Source of the DNA: an uncultured Clostridia bacterium
Lineage (GTDB): Bacteria; Bacillota; Clostridia; Christensenellales; UBA3700
Direction: 5' to 3'
DNA: 42,316 nt
Assembly (NCBI GenBank): GCA_946623205.1
Contig: CAMOQV010000001.1
Span: 1 to 42,316 of the forward strand
The notes below the pieces were generated by a model. That model saw only the letters and a list, made by a program, of their open reading frames with translations, did not search any database and had not been told where the DNA came from. Of this stretch, positions 33,600 to 42,209 are shown piece after piece; position 1 is the first letter of the stretch, and every line of letters starts with the position of its first letter. A program made the position numbers and the translations under genes.

Positions 33600-34772
33600 T
33601 TAGATTCTAGCTACGCCAGATTTTCTAGCTGCTTCTGCAACTGCTTTAGCAACTGTTGGTCCTACACGTAGATCAAATGCCTTTGGAAGGATGTAATCTG
33701 GGTTTAATTCTTCATCAGAAACTAATCCCGCAATAGCGTTAGCTGCAGCAATCTTCATTTCTTCGTTGATATCACTAGCTCTTACGTCTAATGTTCCTCT
33801 GAAGATACCTGGGAATGCTAATACGTTGTTAATTTGGTTAGGGAAATCTGATCTTCCTGTACCAACAACTGCAGCGCCAGCTTCTTTTGCTAAATCTGGC
33901 ATAATTTCTGGAGTTGGGTTAGCCATAGCCATAATAATTGGATCTTTAGCCATTGATCTAACCATATCTTGTGAAACAAGACCAGCCTTAGATACGCCAA
34001 CGAAAATATCTGCGCCCTTCATTGCATCTGCAAGTCCGCCTTTGATGTGCTTTTTGTTAGAGAAAGCTGCAATAGCTTGCTTATCTGGAGTTAATCTTGG
34101 ATCTCCTTCGCAGATAACACCCTTAGAATCGCACATAATAACTTCTTTTAATCCAGCAGACAATAATAATTTAGCGATAGCTACACCGGCAGCGCCAGCG
34201 CCTGAGAATACTGCTGTACAATCAGATAACTTCTTTCCAACAATCTTTAGAGCATTCATAGTAGCTGCTAAACAAATAACAGCTGTACCATGTTGGTCAT
34301 CGTGGAAAATTGGAATATCACAACATTCTTTTAATCTCTTTTCGATTTCAAAGCATCTTGGAGCTGAAATATCTTCTAGGTTAACGCCACCAAATGATCC
34401 AGCAAGTAATCTTACTGTGTTTACGATATCGTCAACGTTTTTAGATCTTACGCAAAGTGGAATTGCATCAACATTACCAAATGTCTTAAACAATACACAC
34501 TTTCCTTCCATAACTGGCATACCAGCTTCTGGACCAATGTCGCCTAATCCTAAAACTGCAGTACCATCTGTAACAACGGCAACAGTATTCCATCTTCTTG
34601 TTAATTCATATGATTTATTAACGTCTTTTTGAATTTCAAGACATGGTTGAGCAACACCTGGTGTGTATGCTAATGATAAATCTTCTTTGTCTTTTACTGG
34701 CACTCTAGAAATATATTCTAGTTTACCTTTCCATTCGTAGTGTTTCTTTAATGATTCTTCTGCGTAATTCAT
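33600..34772 (-). CDS. NAD(P)-dependent malic enzyme (short form)
   Basis: LSLAYTPGVA, VAVVTDGTAVLGLGDIGP, GGVNLEDISAP, FHDDQHGTA and the dinucleotide fold FSGAGAAG. Confidence 0.9.
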   Translation of the reverse strand: MNYAEESLKKHYEWKGKLEYISRVPVKDKEDLSLAYTPGVAQPCLEIQKDVNKSYELTRRWNTVAVVTDGTAVLGLGDIGPEAGMPVMEGKCVLFKTFGNVDAIPLCVRSKNVDDIVNTVRLLAGSFGGVNLEDISAPRCFEIEKRLKECCDIPIFHDDQHGTAVICLAATMNALKIVGKKLSDCTAVFSGAGAAGVAIAKLLLSAGLKEVIMCDSKGVICEGDPRLTPDKQAIAAFSNKKHIKGGLADAMKGADIFVGVSKAGLVSQDMVRSMAKDPIIMAMANPTPEIMPDLAKEAGAAVVGTGRSDFPNQINNVLAFPGIFRGTLDVRASDINEEMKIAAANAIAGLVSDEELNPDYILPKAFDLRVGPTVAKAVAEAARKSGVARI

Positions 34773-34773
34773 A

Positions 34774-35898
34774 TTATTTCTCCCATGGGAATACGTACTT
34801 TAATCCCAAATCGTCTCTTACTTTACTCATTTCTTTTTGTACTGGTTCAGAAATTGGAACACCCTTATTCTTTCTTTCTTGCCATACGTTATATTCTTTT
34901 TCTCCTGCAGAATAAATATGGTCTTGGCCTGGAGCCTTCTTTGAAGCTCTAATAGAACGAATAATTTCGCCTGCCTTCTTTCTACATAAATCTTCACCTA
35001 GGAAGTGGTTTGTATCAATAGCGATGAAGAAGTGACCTAAATGATATGGAACTTTCTTACCGTTTTCGTCTTTGCCATTTAATGCCTTACCATAAGCACC
35101 ATCTTGAAGTGCTGCAGATAGAAGTTCAATAGCAAGAGCATATCCATAGCCCTTGTAGCCGCCTAAAGCTTCGCCAATACCGCCAAGTGTAGTTAGAGCT
35201 GCTGTACCATTTCTGATTTTCTTTAATGCCTCGCCAGCATCGCCTTCAACTGGCTTGCCATCTAAGCCAATGATTGTACCTGGGTGAACGTTTTCTTTAA
35301 TTCTTTCATAGTATTCGATTTTACCATTTTGTGTAATAGATGTAGCACAGTCAATGTTGAAATCAAATGGTTCATCTGTTGGAATACCAATTGTTAATGG
35401 GTTTGTACCAAACATACCCTCAACACCAAATGTTGGAGCAACAGATGGACGAGCGTTTGTACCTGTAATACCGATACAACCTTGCTTTGTTGCCATTGTT
35501 GTATAGTATCCAGCAATACCATAGTGGCAAGAATTTCTTACTACTACCATACCCATACCATATTTCTTTGCTTTATCGATAGCCATTTGCATTGATTTGT
35601 AACCAATTACTTGGCCCATACCATCATGACCATCAACAACTGCTGTTGTTTCTGTTTCTTTAATTATTTCGAAATTTGTTTTTGGTTGTTGAATACCATC
35701 GTTAATTCTATCAATATAAATTGGTTTAAAACGATTGCATCCATGAGATTCAATACCTCTCTTGTCTGCTTCTAGCAAAATATCTGTACAAATCTTTGCT
35801 TCGTCTCTTGGAACACCTACGCCTGCAAAAGCATCAGTAATAAAATCCTCAGCTGTTTTCCAGTCCAAATAAGGTCTGCCCATATTATCTCTTTCCAT
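34774..35898 (-). CDS. Ldh_2-family (malate/L-lactate/sulfolactate-type) 2-hydroxyacid dehydrogenase
   Basis: GIESHGCNRF, HDGMGQV, the RNSCHYG-like segment and GGYKGYGYA are typical of Pfam Ldh_2. It abuts the malic enzyme gene with a 1-nt gap. The substrate is not inferable. Confidence 0.7.
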   Translation of the reverse strand: MERDNMGRPYLDWKTAEDFITDAFAGVGVPRDEAKICTDILLEADKRGIESHGCNRFKPIYIDRINDGIQQPKTNFEIIKETETTAVVDGHDGMGQVIGYKSMQMAIDKAKKYGMGMVVVRNSCHYGIAGYYTTMATKQGCIGITGTNARPSVAPTFGVEGMFGTNPLTIGIPTDEPFDFNIDCATSITQNGKIEYYERIKENVHPGTIIGLDGKPVEGDAGEALKKIRNGTAALTTLGGIGEALGGYKGYGYALAIELLSAALQDGAYGKALNGKDENGKKVPYHLGHFFIAIDTNHFLGEDLCRKKAGEIIRSIRASKKAPGQDHIYSAGEKEYNVWQERKNKGVPISEPVQKEMSKVRDDLGLKYVFPWEK

Positions 35899-35994
35899 GT
35901 GAACCTCCTAAAAAGTTAATTGTTTTGCTAATTTTTATTTTACTATTCTTTATAGAATAGTTCAATGCCCGTTTTGTTTTTGGCAATGAATAAA

Positions 35995-36020
35995 GAAAAA
36001 TCGGCCCTTCAAAAAGGCCG
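35995..36020 (-). terminator. intrinsic terminator after the GPH transporter gene
   Basis: Minus strand reads CGGCCTTT-TTG-AAGGGCCG followed by ATTTTTC. Confidence 0.55.
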
Positions 36021-36055
36021 GTTCTTCACTAGTTATACTATATGTTAAGTTATTG

Positions 36056-37522
36056 CTATTTAGAACTCTTCTCTTGAGCAATTTTAGCGTGTTTTTCTTC
36101 CAATTCTTGCTTTATCATATTATATCTATCTCTTCCTAGATTTGCTCTATATGATGTTATTGCAGAAATAATAAATGTAATTCCTGGAATAACCGCAAGA
36201 ACTATTCTTATTGCCAATAATGCACCTTCTGGTTGTGTGATTTGACCATATTGCTCAATCATTTCATAATATGCTTCTGAGTTTGCTTCTATATAACCAG
36301 CGGCGCCTAGTATTAATGAAACAAGTGCGCAACCAACACCTGATGCGAACTTATAGCAGAATTGGGTAACACCATAATATGCACCTTCTCTTCTTTTGCC
36401 ATTTACATATTCATCTACGTCAACAACATCAGGAAGTGCTGCCCATGGAATAATTTGGATAGCACTCATACCAATACCACACAAAGCTACGTGAACAATT
36501 GTTAAAGCAACATTTTTCATTGGCATAAATATTGCAAGCAATAAAATTACTGTCATATAAACACAAGATCCTGCATATACAACATGCTTTTGGAATTTTT
36601 TACATAAAAAGTCCCAAAGTGGCGCAGATAAGATTGCGCATACCAAAGGTATTGCAATAAATACCATTGAAAGCGTTGCGTCTCCACTAAATCCTAGAGA
36701 ATCGTTAATGTAGAATACGAATACTGTCATAATGATATCGAATCCCATCATAGATAATAAGAATGTCATCATTATGTTTCTAAATTCTTTTAGTTTAAAG
36801 AACTCTTTTAGAGTTTGGATGAAGCTCTTATCATTGTCTTCAGAATAATCAAATCTTTCTTTAACACCAAAGCAGCAAAGTAGCCATATTACTAATGCGA
36901 TCCCGCCAAAGATTGCAGATGCTGTCATATATGAATATTTTGCACTATCTAGAGGAGTATTGTTTTTAATGAACAATTCATAGAAGATACTTGTTTCACC
37001 ATCTGCAAGCAACGCAAAGATTGCAGCGCCCATAATTAAGCCTAAGTTTGCCATGATGATTCTAATACTATTTAATGAAGTTCTTTCGTCATAGTCTTTA
37101 GTCATATTTGGAGCTAAAGTGTTATATGGAATATAAATAATTGTCCATGTTGTGCAATATAAAATGTACATAGCTGTATAGAATAAGAACAACAATGCTT
37201 GCACATCTGTTGATGGAACCATCCACATTAATATGAAAGAAACTATGAATGGTACTGATCCAAATAACATGTAAACTTTACGCTTACCGAATCTTGATTG
37301 TGTTTTGTCTACAATTCTTCCCATTAAATAGTCAGTGATTGCATCCCATCCTTTCCCTATTAAGAAAACACCGGATGCAAGCGCTGGTTTTAATCCACCT
37401 ACGTTGATCATGAAATATAAAAAGTAGAAGTTGATTGTAGCAAATAAAATGTTTGATGCCATATCGCCAGCTCCGAAGGCTAGCTTTTCTTTAAATGCTA
37501 ATTTTTGTTTCGTCTTTCCCAT
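36056..37522 (-). CDS. GPH-family (glycoside-pentoside-hexuronide:cation) MFS symporter
   Basis: About 12 TM segments. N-terminal KLAFGAGDMASN and D..MGRIVDKTQSRFGKRK, characteristic of MelB/YicJ-type carriers. Confidence 0.75.
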   Translation of the reverse strand: MGKTKQKLAFKEKLAFGAGDMASNILFATINFYFLYFMINVGGLKPALASGVFLIGKGWDAITDYLMGRIVDKTQSRFGKRKVYMLFGSVPFIVSFILMWMVPSTDVQALLFLFYTAMYILYCTTWTIIYIPYNTLAPNMTKDYDERTSLNSIRIIMANLGLIMGAAIFALLADGETSIFYELFIKNNTPLDSAKYSYMTASAIFGGIALVIWLLCCFGVKERFDYSEDNDKSFIQTLKEFFKLKEFRNIMMTFLLSMMGFDIIMTVFVFYINDSLGFSGDATLSMVFIAIPLVCAILSAPLWDFLCKKFQKHVVYAGSCVYMTVILLLAIFMPMKNVALTIVHVALCGIGMSAIQIIPWAALPDVVDVDEYVNGKRREGAYYGVTQFCYKFASGVGCALVSLILGAAGYIEANSEAYYEMIEQYGQITQPEGALLAIRIVLAVIPGITFIISAITSYRANLGRDRYNMIKQELEEKHAKIAQEKSSK

Positions 37523-37563
37523 AATTTAACCTCTTTTAATATAGTATATCAAAAATTTACATG

Positions 37564-37615
37564 AAAAAAGCCCCAATTTTTTGATATGTACCTCCTTGTT
37601 GTCCAACAATTGGGG
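37564..37615 (-). terminator. probable terminator of the hydrogenase operon
   Basis: Minus strand reads CCCCAATT ... AATTGGGG (8-bp arms, long 29-nt loop with an inner TTGTT/AACAA stem) followed by C-TTTTTT. Confidence 0.45.
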
Positions 37616-37659
37616 TTCATAGCATTTCTTGGGGCTCTTTATTTGCTTTAAGTTAGGTA

Positions 37660-39393
37660 TTAATAATTTGCTCTTGGAGCATACTTTGTATGAAGTATTT
37701 CGTGAGCCTTATGACTATTTGGTTCTCCAAAGAATTCTTTATATAATTCCTTAACTGCTGGATTCTCGTGAGACTTACGAAGCTTCATTGCCTTATCTGT
37801 AGCATAGATGCTTGCAGCACGAGTTGCCTTGATATCTGTAAAGTTTCTTGTGTATGCATCCTTAATTGGTTGTCCACCACCGTTTACACATCCGCCTGGG
37901 CAAGACATGATTTCGATGAATTGATATGGGCTTGTGCCAGCCTTAATTTGATCCATAAGGATTCTTGCATTAGCAAGACCAGATGCAACTGCAACTTTAA
38001 CCTTTGTACCAGCGATATCGTATTCAGCTTCTTTAATGCCGTTTGTTCCTCTAACTTCCATGAAGTCGATGTTTGGATTTTCTTTTCCTGTTAATACTTC
38101 AGATACTGTACGTAATGCAGCTTCCATAACACCACCTGTTGCGCCAAAGATTAAACCAGCACCTGTATCAATTCCCAAAGGAGCATCAAAGTCTTCATCT
38201 GGAAGATCATTGAACATTAAACCAAATCTCTTAATTAATTTAGCTAATTCTCTTGTTGTTAATACAGCATCGATATCTGGAACACCTGCAGCTGCTTCGA
38301 AATCTCTTGTCTTTTCAAACTTCTTAGCAACACAAGGCATAATAGATACTACATAAATATCTTTAGGATCCATTCCAAGCTTTTGAGCATAATATGTCTT
38401 AACTACTGCACCAAACATTTGTTGTGGTGATTTGCAAGAAGATAAGTGTCCTAATTGTTCTGGGTAGTTGTGTTCGATGAACTTAATCCAAGCTGGAGAA
38501 CAAGATGTAATCATTGGAAGTTTTCCGCCGTTCTTTACTCTTCCGATAAATTCTGTTCCTTCTTCCATAATTGTTAAATCTGCAGCGAAGTCTACATCGA
38601 ATACATCATTGAATCCAATTCTTCTTAATGCAGCAACCATCTTACCTTCAACGTTTGTTCCGATTGGGCTACCAAACTCTTCTCCAAGACCAACTCTTAC
38701 AGAAGGAGCAGTACCTACAACAACTCTCTTTGTTGGATCTGCAATAGCTGCGATAACATTATCTATTTCGCTTCTTTCTGTAATAGCGCCTGTTGGACAT
38801 ACGTTAATACATTGTCCGCAACCTACACATGGAGTTTCTCCAAGGTTCTTTTCAAATGCACAACCGATTCTTGTATCGAAACCTCTTCCGTTTGGTCCGA
38901 TAACTGCAACTGATTGATACTTTTCGCAAGCTGCTACACATCTTCTACATTTAATACACTTTGAATTATCTCTAATTAAATATGTTGTTGAATCATCATA
39001 TTCTGCATGTGACTTTTCGCCTTCATATCTCTTTGCATCGCAATTGTATTCTAAAGCTAATGCTTGTAGTTCACAATGTTGATTTCTATCACAACTTAAA
39101 CAATCTTGCTTGTGATCAGATAATAATAATTCTAAAGTCTTTTTTCTGCTTTCTAATACTCTTTGAGTATTTGTGAAAACTTCCATTCCTTCAAATACTG
39201 GATATACACAAGAAGCAACAAGTGATCTTGCTCCCTTAACTTCTACTACGCAAACACGGCAAGCACCAATTGCATTGATGTCTCTTAAGTAGCATAGAGT
39301 TGGGATCTTAATGCCAGCTTGTTTAGCGGCGTCTAATATTGTTGTACCTTCTTCAACTTGAAGTGGAAGATTGTTAATCTTAATATTTACCAT
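37660..39393 (-). CDS. hydA: [FeFe]-hydrogenase catalytic subunit, M3-type architecture (2Fe-2S, His-ligated 4Fe-4S, 2x4Fe-4S, H-domain)
   Basis: N-terminal 2Fe-2S ferredoxin fold (CYLRD..GACRVC). HKQDCLSCDRNQHCELQ, CIKCRRCVAAC and CVGCGQCINVCP. H-cluster motifs TSCSPAW (variant of TSCCPxW), MPCVAKKFE and EIMSCPGGCVNGGGQP. AGGAGG RBS. Confidence 0.92.
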   Translation of the reverse strand: MVNIKINNLPLQVEEGTTILDAAKQAGIKIPTLCYLRDINAIGACRVCVVEVKGARSLVASCVYPVFEGMEVFTNTQRVLESRKKTLELLLSDHKQDCLSCDRNQHCELQALALEYNCDAKRYEGEKSHAEYDDSTTYLIRDNSKCIKCRRCVAACEKYQSVAVIGPNGRGFDTRIGCAFEKNLGETPCVGCGQCINVCPTGAITERSEIDNVIAAIADPTKRVVVGTAPSVRVGLGEEFGSPIGTNVEGKMVAALRRIGFNDVFDVDFAADLTIMEEGTEFIGRVKNGGKLPMITSCSPAWIKFIEHNYPEQLGHLSSCKSPQQMFGAVVKTYYAQKLGMDPKDIYVVSIMPCVAKKFEKTRDFEAAAGVPDIDAVLTTRELAKLIKRFGLMFNDLPDEDFDAPLGIDTGAGLIFGATGGVMEAALRTVSEVLTGKENPNIDFMEVRGTNGIKEAEYDIAGTKVKVAVASGLANARILMDQIKAGTSPYQFIEIMSCPGGCVNGGGQPIKDAYTRNFTDIKATRAASIYATDKAMKLRKSHENPAVKELYKEFFGEPNSHKAHEILHTKYAPRANY

Positions 39394-39405
39394 TTCTCTA
39401 TCCTC

Positions 39406-41301
39406 CTATTTCTTCTCAATTGCATGGAACTTACATGTTTGATAGCAAACACCACACTTAATACACTTATTTGGATCAATTGTGTGTTTTTCTCTAACTG
39501 TACCAGAAATAGCATATACTGGGCACTTTCTAGCACAAGCTGTACATCCCTTACAGTTGTCGTTAATTTCGTATCTAATTAACTTCTTACATACGCCAGC
39601 TGGACATCTTCTTTCAACGATGTGAGCTTCGTATTCTTTTCTGAAGTTCTTTAGTGTAGATAGAACTGGGTTTGGAGCTGTTTGTCCAAGTCCGCATAGA
39701 GCGTTATCTTTAATGTAGTAGCAAAGCTCTTCCATCTTGTCTAAATCTTCAAGTGTTGCTGTACCTTCTGTAACTTTTGTTAGCAATTCCAAAAGTCTTC
39801 TTGTACCTACTCTACATGGAGTACACTTTCCGCAAGATTCATCAACTGTGAATTCTAGGAAGAATTTCGCAATATCTACCATACAAGTATCTTCGTCCAT
39901 AACGATAAGACCACCAGATCCCATCATTGAACCAATTTTAATTAAGTTATCATAATCGATTGGAACATCTAAGTTTTCAGCAGTAATACAACCACCTGAT
40001 GGACCACCAGTTTGAGCAGCCTTGAACTTCTTTCCATTTGGAACGCCACCGCCGATATCATCAACAATTTCTCTTAAAGTTGTTCCCATTGGAACTTCAA
40101 CAAGACCTGTGTTTGTAATCTTTCCACCTAAAGCGAATACCTTTGTTCCCTTTGACTTTTCTGTACCAACTGTGTTGAACCACTCTGCACCATTTAAAAT
40201 GATTTGAGCTACGTTTGCATATGTTTCAACGTTATTTAATAGGGTTGGCTTGCCAAATAAACCTTTGTTTGCTGGGAATGGAGGACGAACTCTTGGTTCA
40301 CCACGCTTTCCTTCGATAGATGTCATAAGAGCTGTTTCTTCTCCGCATACGAATGCGCCTGCGCCTAGACGTATATCAATATCAAATTTAAATCCTGTAC
40401 CTAGAATGTTATCACCTAGTAAGCCATATTCTCTAGCTTGCTTGATGGCAATTCTACATCTTTCAACAGCAATTGGATATTCAGCACGAACATAGATATA
40501 ACCTTGATGTGCACCAATAGCGTAAGCTGCAATTGACATAGCTTCCAAAATTGCATGTGGATCGCCTTCTAGAACAGATCTATCCATGAATGCACCTGGG
40601 TCGCCTTCGTCTGCGTTACAGCAAACATACTTGATGTCGCCCTTTGCATCATGACATAATTGCCACTTTCTTCCTGTTGGGAAACCAGCACCACCACGGC
40701 CACGAAGACCTGAAGCTAAAATTGTATCTATAACTTGTTGTGGAGTCATTTCTGTTAATGCTTTTGCAAGAGCTCTGTAACCATCTCTTCCAATATATTC
40801 ATCAACGTTTTCTGGGTTAATTAAACCACAGTTTCTTAAAGCTACACGGTGTTGCTTCTTATAGAAGTTTGTTTCAGACAAAGCTGGAGCGGCGTGATGG
40901 TCTGCTGCTGCCTTTTCTTTGTATAACAATCTTTCTACTGGCTTATTGTTTAAAATGTGTTCGCTTACAATTTCATCTACATCGGCTTCTTTAACATAGC
41001 TATAGAATGAACCTTCTGGGTAAACGATAACAACTGGGCCTACGGCACAAAGACCGAAACAGCCTGTTCTAATGATTTGAACATCTCCGGTTAATCCCTT
41101 TTCTGCAATTAGATCTTGGAATCTCTTATAGATGTCATTTGAATGGTTTGATGTACATCCTGTTCCTCCGCAGATTAAAACAGTATGTCTATATGTAATA
41201 TTCTTTGCGATTCTTTCTTCTTTTGTTAGTTGATTGTCTCTAAATTCAACTATATCGCACATTTGCTTTTTAATAGCTTCAATATCTTTAATAGTTTTCA
41301 T
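39406..41301 (-). CDS. hydB: NuoF-like flavin/NAD(P)H-binding hydrogenase subunit with N-terminal thioredoxin-like 2Fe-2S and C-terminal 2x[4Fe-4S]
   Basis: GRGGAGFPTGRKW, ESCGKCTPCR, C-terminal CKGCTACARKCP and CIKCGVCYQTC. I chose the ATG at 41301, 5 nt after GGAGG, over the in-frame TTG at 41313 used by the ORF track. Confidence 0.9.
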   Translation of the reverse strand: MKTIKDIEAIKKQMCDIVEFRDNQLTKEERIAKNITYRHTVLICGGTGCTSNHSNDIYKRFQDLIAEKGLTGDVQIIRTGCFGLCAVGPVVIVYPEGSFYSYVKEADVDEIVSEHILNNKPVERLLYKEKAAADHHAAPALSETNFYKKQHRVALRNCGLINPENVDEYIGRDGYRALAKALTEMTPQQVIDTILASGLRGRGGAGFPTGRKWQLCHDAKGDIKYVCCNADEGDPGAFMDRSVLEGDPHAILEAMSIAAYAIGAHQGYIYVRAEYPIAVERCRIAIKQAREYGLLGDNILGTGFKFDIDIRLGAGAFVCGEETALMTSIEGKRGEPRVRPPFPANKGLFGKPTLLNNVETYANVAQIILNGAEWFNTVGTEKSKGTKVFALGGKITNTGLVEVPMGTTLREIVDDIGGGVPNGKKFKAAQTGGPSGGCITAENLDVPIDYDNLIKIGSMMGSGGLIVMDEDTCMVDIAKFFLEFTVDESCGKCTPCRVGTRRLLELLTKVTEGTATLEDLDKMEELCYYIKDNALCGLGQTAPNPVLSTLKNFRKEYEAHIVERRCPAGVCKKLIRYEINDNCKGCTACARKCPVYAISGTVREKHTIDPNKCIKCGVCYQTCKFHAIEKK

Positions 41302-41313
41302 TTTGACCTCCAA

Positions 41314-41847
41314 CTAGTTTTCCTTAGTAACTTCTTCGATTGCTTCATCGATGCCTTCGAACTTCTTAATAATATCTGCAACCTTATCTTCTGTTAAATT
41401 ACCAAATACTTCGTCATTAACAGTAGCAACTGGAGCAAGTCCGCAACAACCGATGCAACGACAAGCTTCTAATGACCATTCTCTATCTGCTGTACATCCA
41501 CCAACTGGAATACCTAATAATTCAGAGAACTTGTCAATAACAGCTTGTGAGCCTTTTACGTAACATGCTGTACCTAGACAAACAGAAACGTGACGCTTTC
41601 CTTTTGGGTTCAATTTGAATTGCGCATAGAATGTTGTAACACCATATAACTTTTCAAGTGATACGTTTAGTTCTTCTGCTATAATTTTTTGAACTTCAAT
41701 TGGAAGATAACCATAAATTTCTTGAGCTTGTTGAAGAGCTATCATTTCGCAACCATCAATCTTTTTGATTTCTTGCAACTTTTGTCTTAACTCTTTTTCT
41801 TGCTCAGGTGTGCCATTGAAAGGAACTGTAGTCTTTTCAACTTTCAT
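41314..41847 (-). CDS. hydC: NuoE-like [2Fe-2S] hydrogenase subunit
   Basis: Thioredoxin-like 2Fe-2S pattern SVCLGTACYVKG ... CRCIGCCGLAPV. GGAGG RBS. The gene order hydC-hydB-hydA is typical of HydABC/Hnd-type enzymes. Confidence 0.88.
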   Translation of the reverse strand: MKVEKTTVPFNGTPEQEKELRQKLQEIKKIDGCEMIALQQAQEIYGYLPIEVQKIIAEELNVSLEKLYGVTTFYAQFKLNPKGKRHVSVCLGTACYVKGSQAVIDKFSELLGIPVGGCTADREWSLEACRCIGCCGLAPVATVNDEVFGNLTEDKVADIIKKFEGIDEAIEEVTKEN

Positions 41848-41968
41848 ACTTCAACCTCCACAAAAACTTTATTTAACCTTTTAATTGTCCATATTGTTAA
41901 AAAAATAACAAATGTGATTAGGTATTATATTATCATAATATAATCACGCGTGTAAAACGAATAACCAT

Positions 41969-41996
41969 AAAAAATGGAACCTATTTGTTAGGTTCC
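41969..41996 (-). terminator. intrinsic terminator after the tRNA pair
   Basis: Minus strand reads GGAACCT-AACAAAT-AGGTTCC followed by A-TTTTTT, 6 nt after the tRNA-Met CCA end. Confidence 0.7.
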
Positions 41997-42001
41997 GTTT
42001 T

Positions 42002-42079
42002 TGGTAGCGGCGGTGAGATTCGAACTTACGATCCCCCGGGTATGAACCGGGTGCTCTAGACCAACTAAGCTACGCCGCC
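42002..42079 (-). tRNA. tRNA-Met (CAT), elongator type
   Basis: Hand-folded cloverleaf. Acceptor GGCGGCG/CGCCGCT (G1-U72 wobble), U8, D-arm GCTT-AGTTGGTCTA-GAGC, anticodon arm CCCGG-TTCATAC-CCGGG, and T-arm GTAAG-TTCGAAT-CTCAC (one A-C mismatch). A73 and an encoded CCA. It closely resembles Bacillus-type elongator Met. The tRNA-Ile2 (lysidine) alternative is not formally excluded. Confidence 0.8.
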
Positions 42080-42089
42080 AAATAATTAT

Positions 42090-42164
42090 TGGGTGCGGGG
42101 GTAGGTTTCGAACCTACGACCTCTGGGTTATGAGCCCAACGAGCTACCACTGCTCCACCCCGCG
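42090..42164 (-). tRNA. initiator tRNA-fMet (CAT)
   Basis: Acceptor CGCGGGG/CCCCGCA with the bacterial initiator C1xA72 mismatch. Three consecutive G-C pairs (G29-31:C39-41) close the CTCATAA loop. T-arm GTAGG-TTCGAAA-CCTAC. Encoded CCA, and the discriminator reads C. Confidence 0.88.
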
Positions 42165-42179
42165 ATACGATGCTTACAT

Positions 42180-42209
42180 ATCTTAATTTATTAAAATTAT
42201 GTTTGTCAA
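42180..42209 (-). promoter_or_regulatory. candidate promoter of the tRNA pair
   Basis: Minus strand reads a perfect TTGACA (42204-42209), an 18-nt spacer, then TAAGAT (42180-42185). It lies about 15 nt upstream of the tRNA-fMet 5' end. Confidence 0.35.

Noticed and set aside
33766-34632. A 288-aa plus-strand ORF, and similar long antisense ORFs (13267-13626, 16255-16614, 15119-15490, 30340-30759, 38468-38917, 27901-28179, 25552-25836)
   Set aside because: All lie entirely antisense to strongly supported genes. They have low-complexity, hydrophobic or Pro/Ser-rich translations typical of shadow frames in AT-rich DNA, and they lack RBSs.
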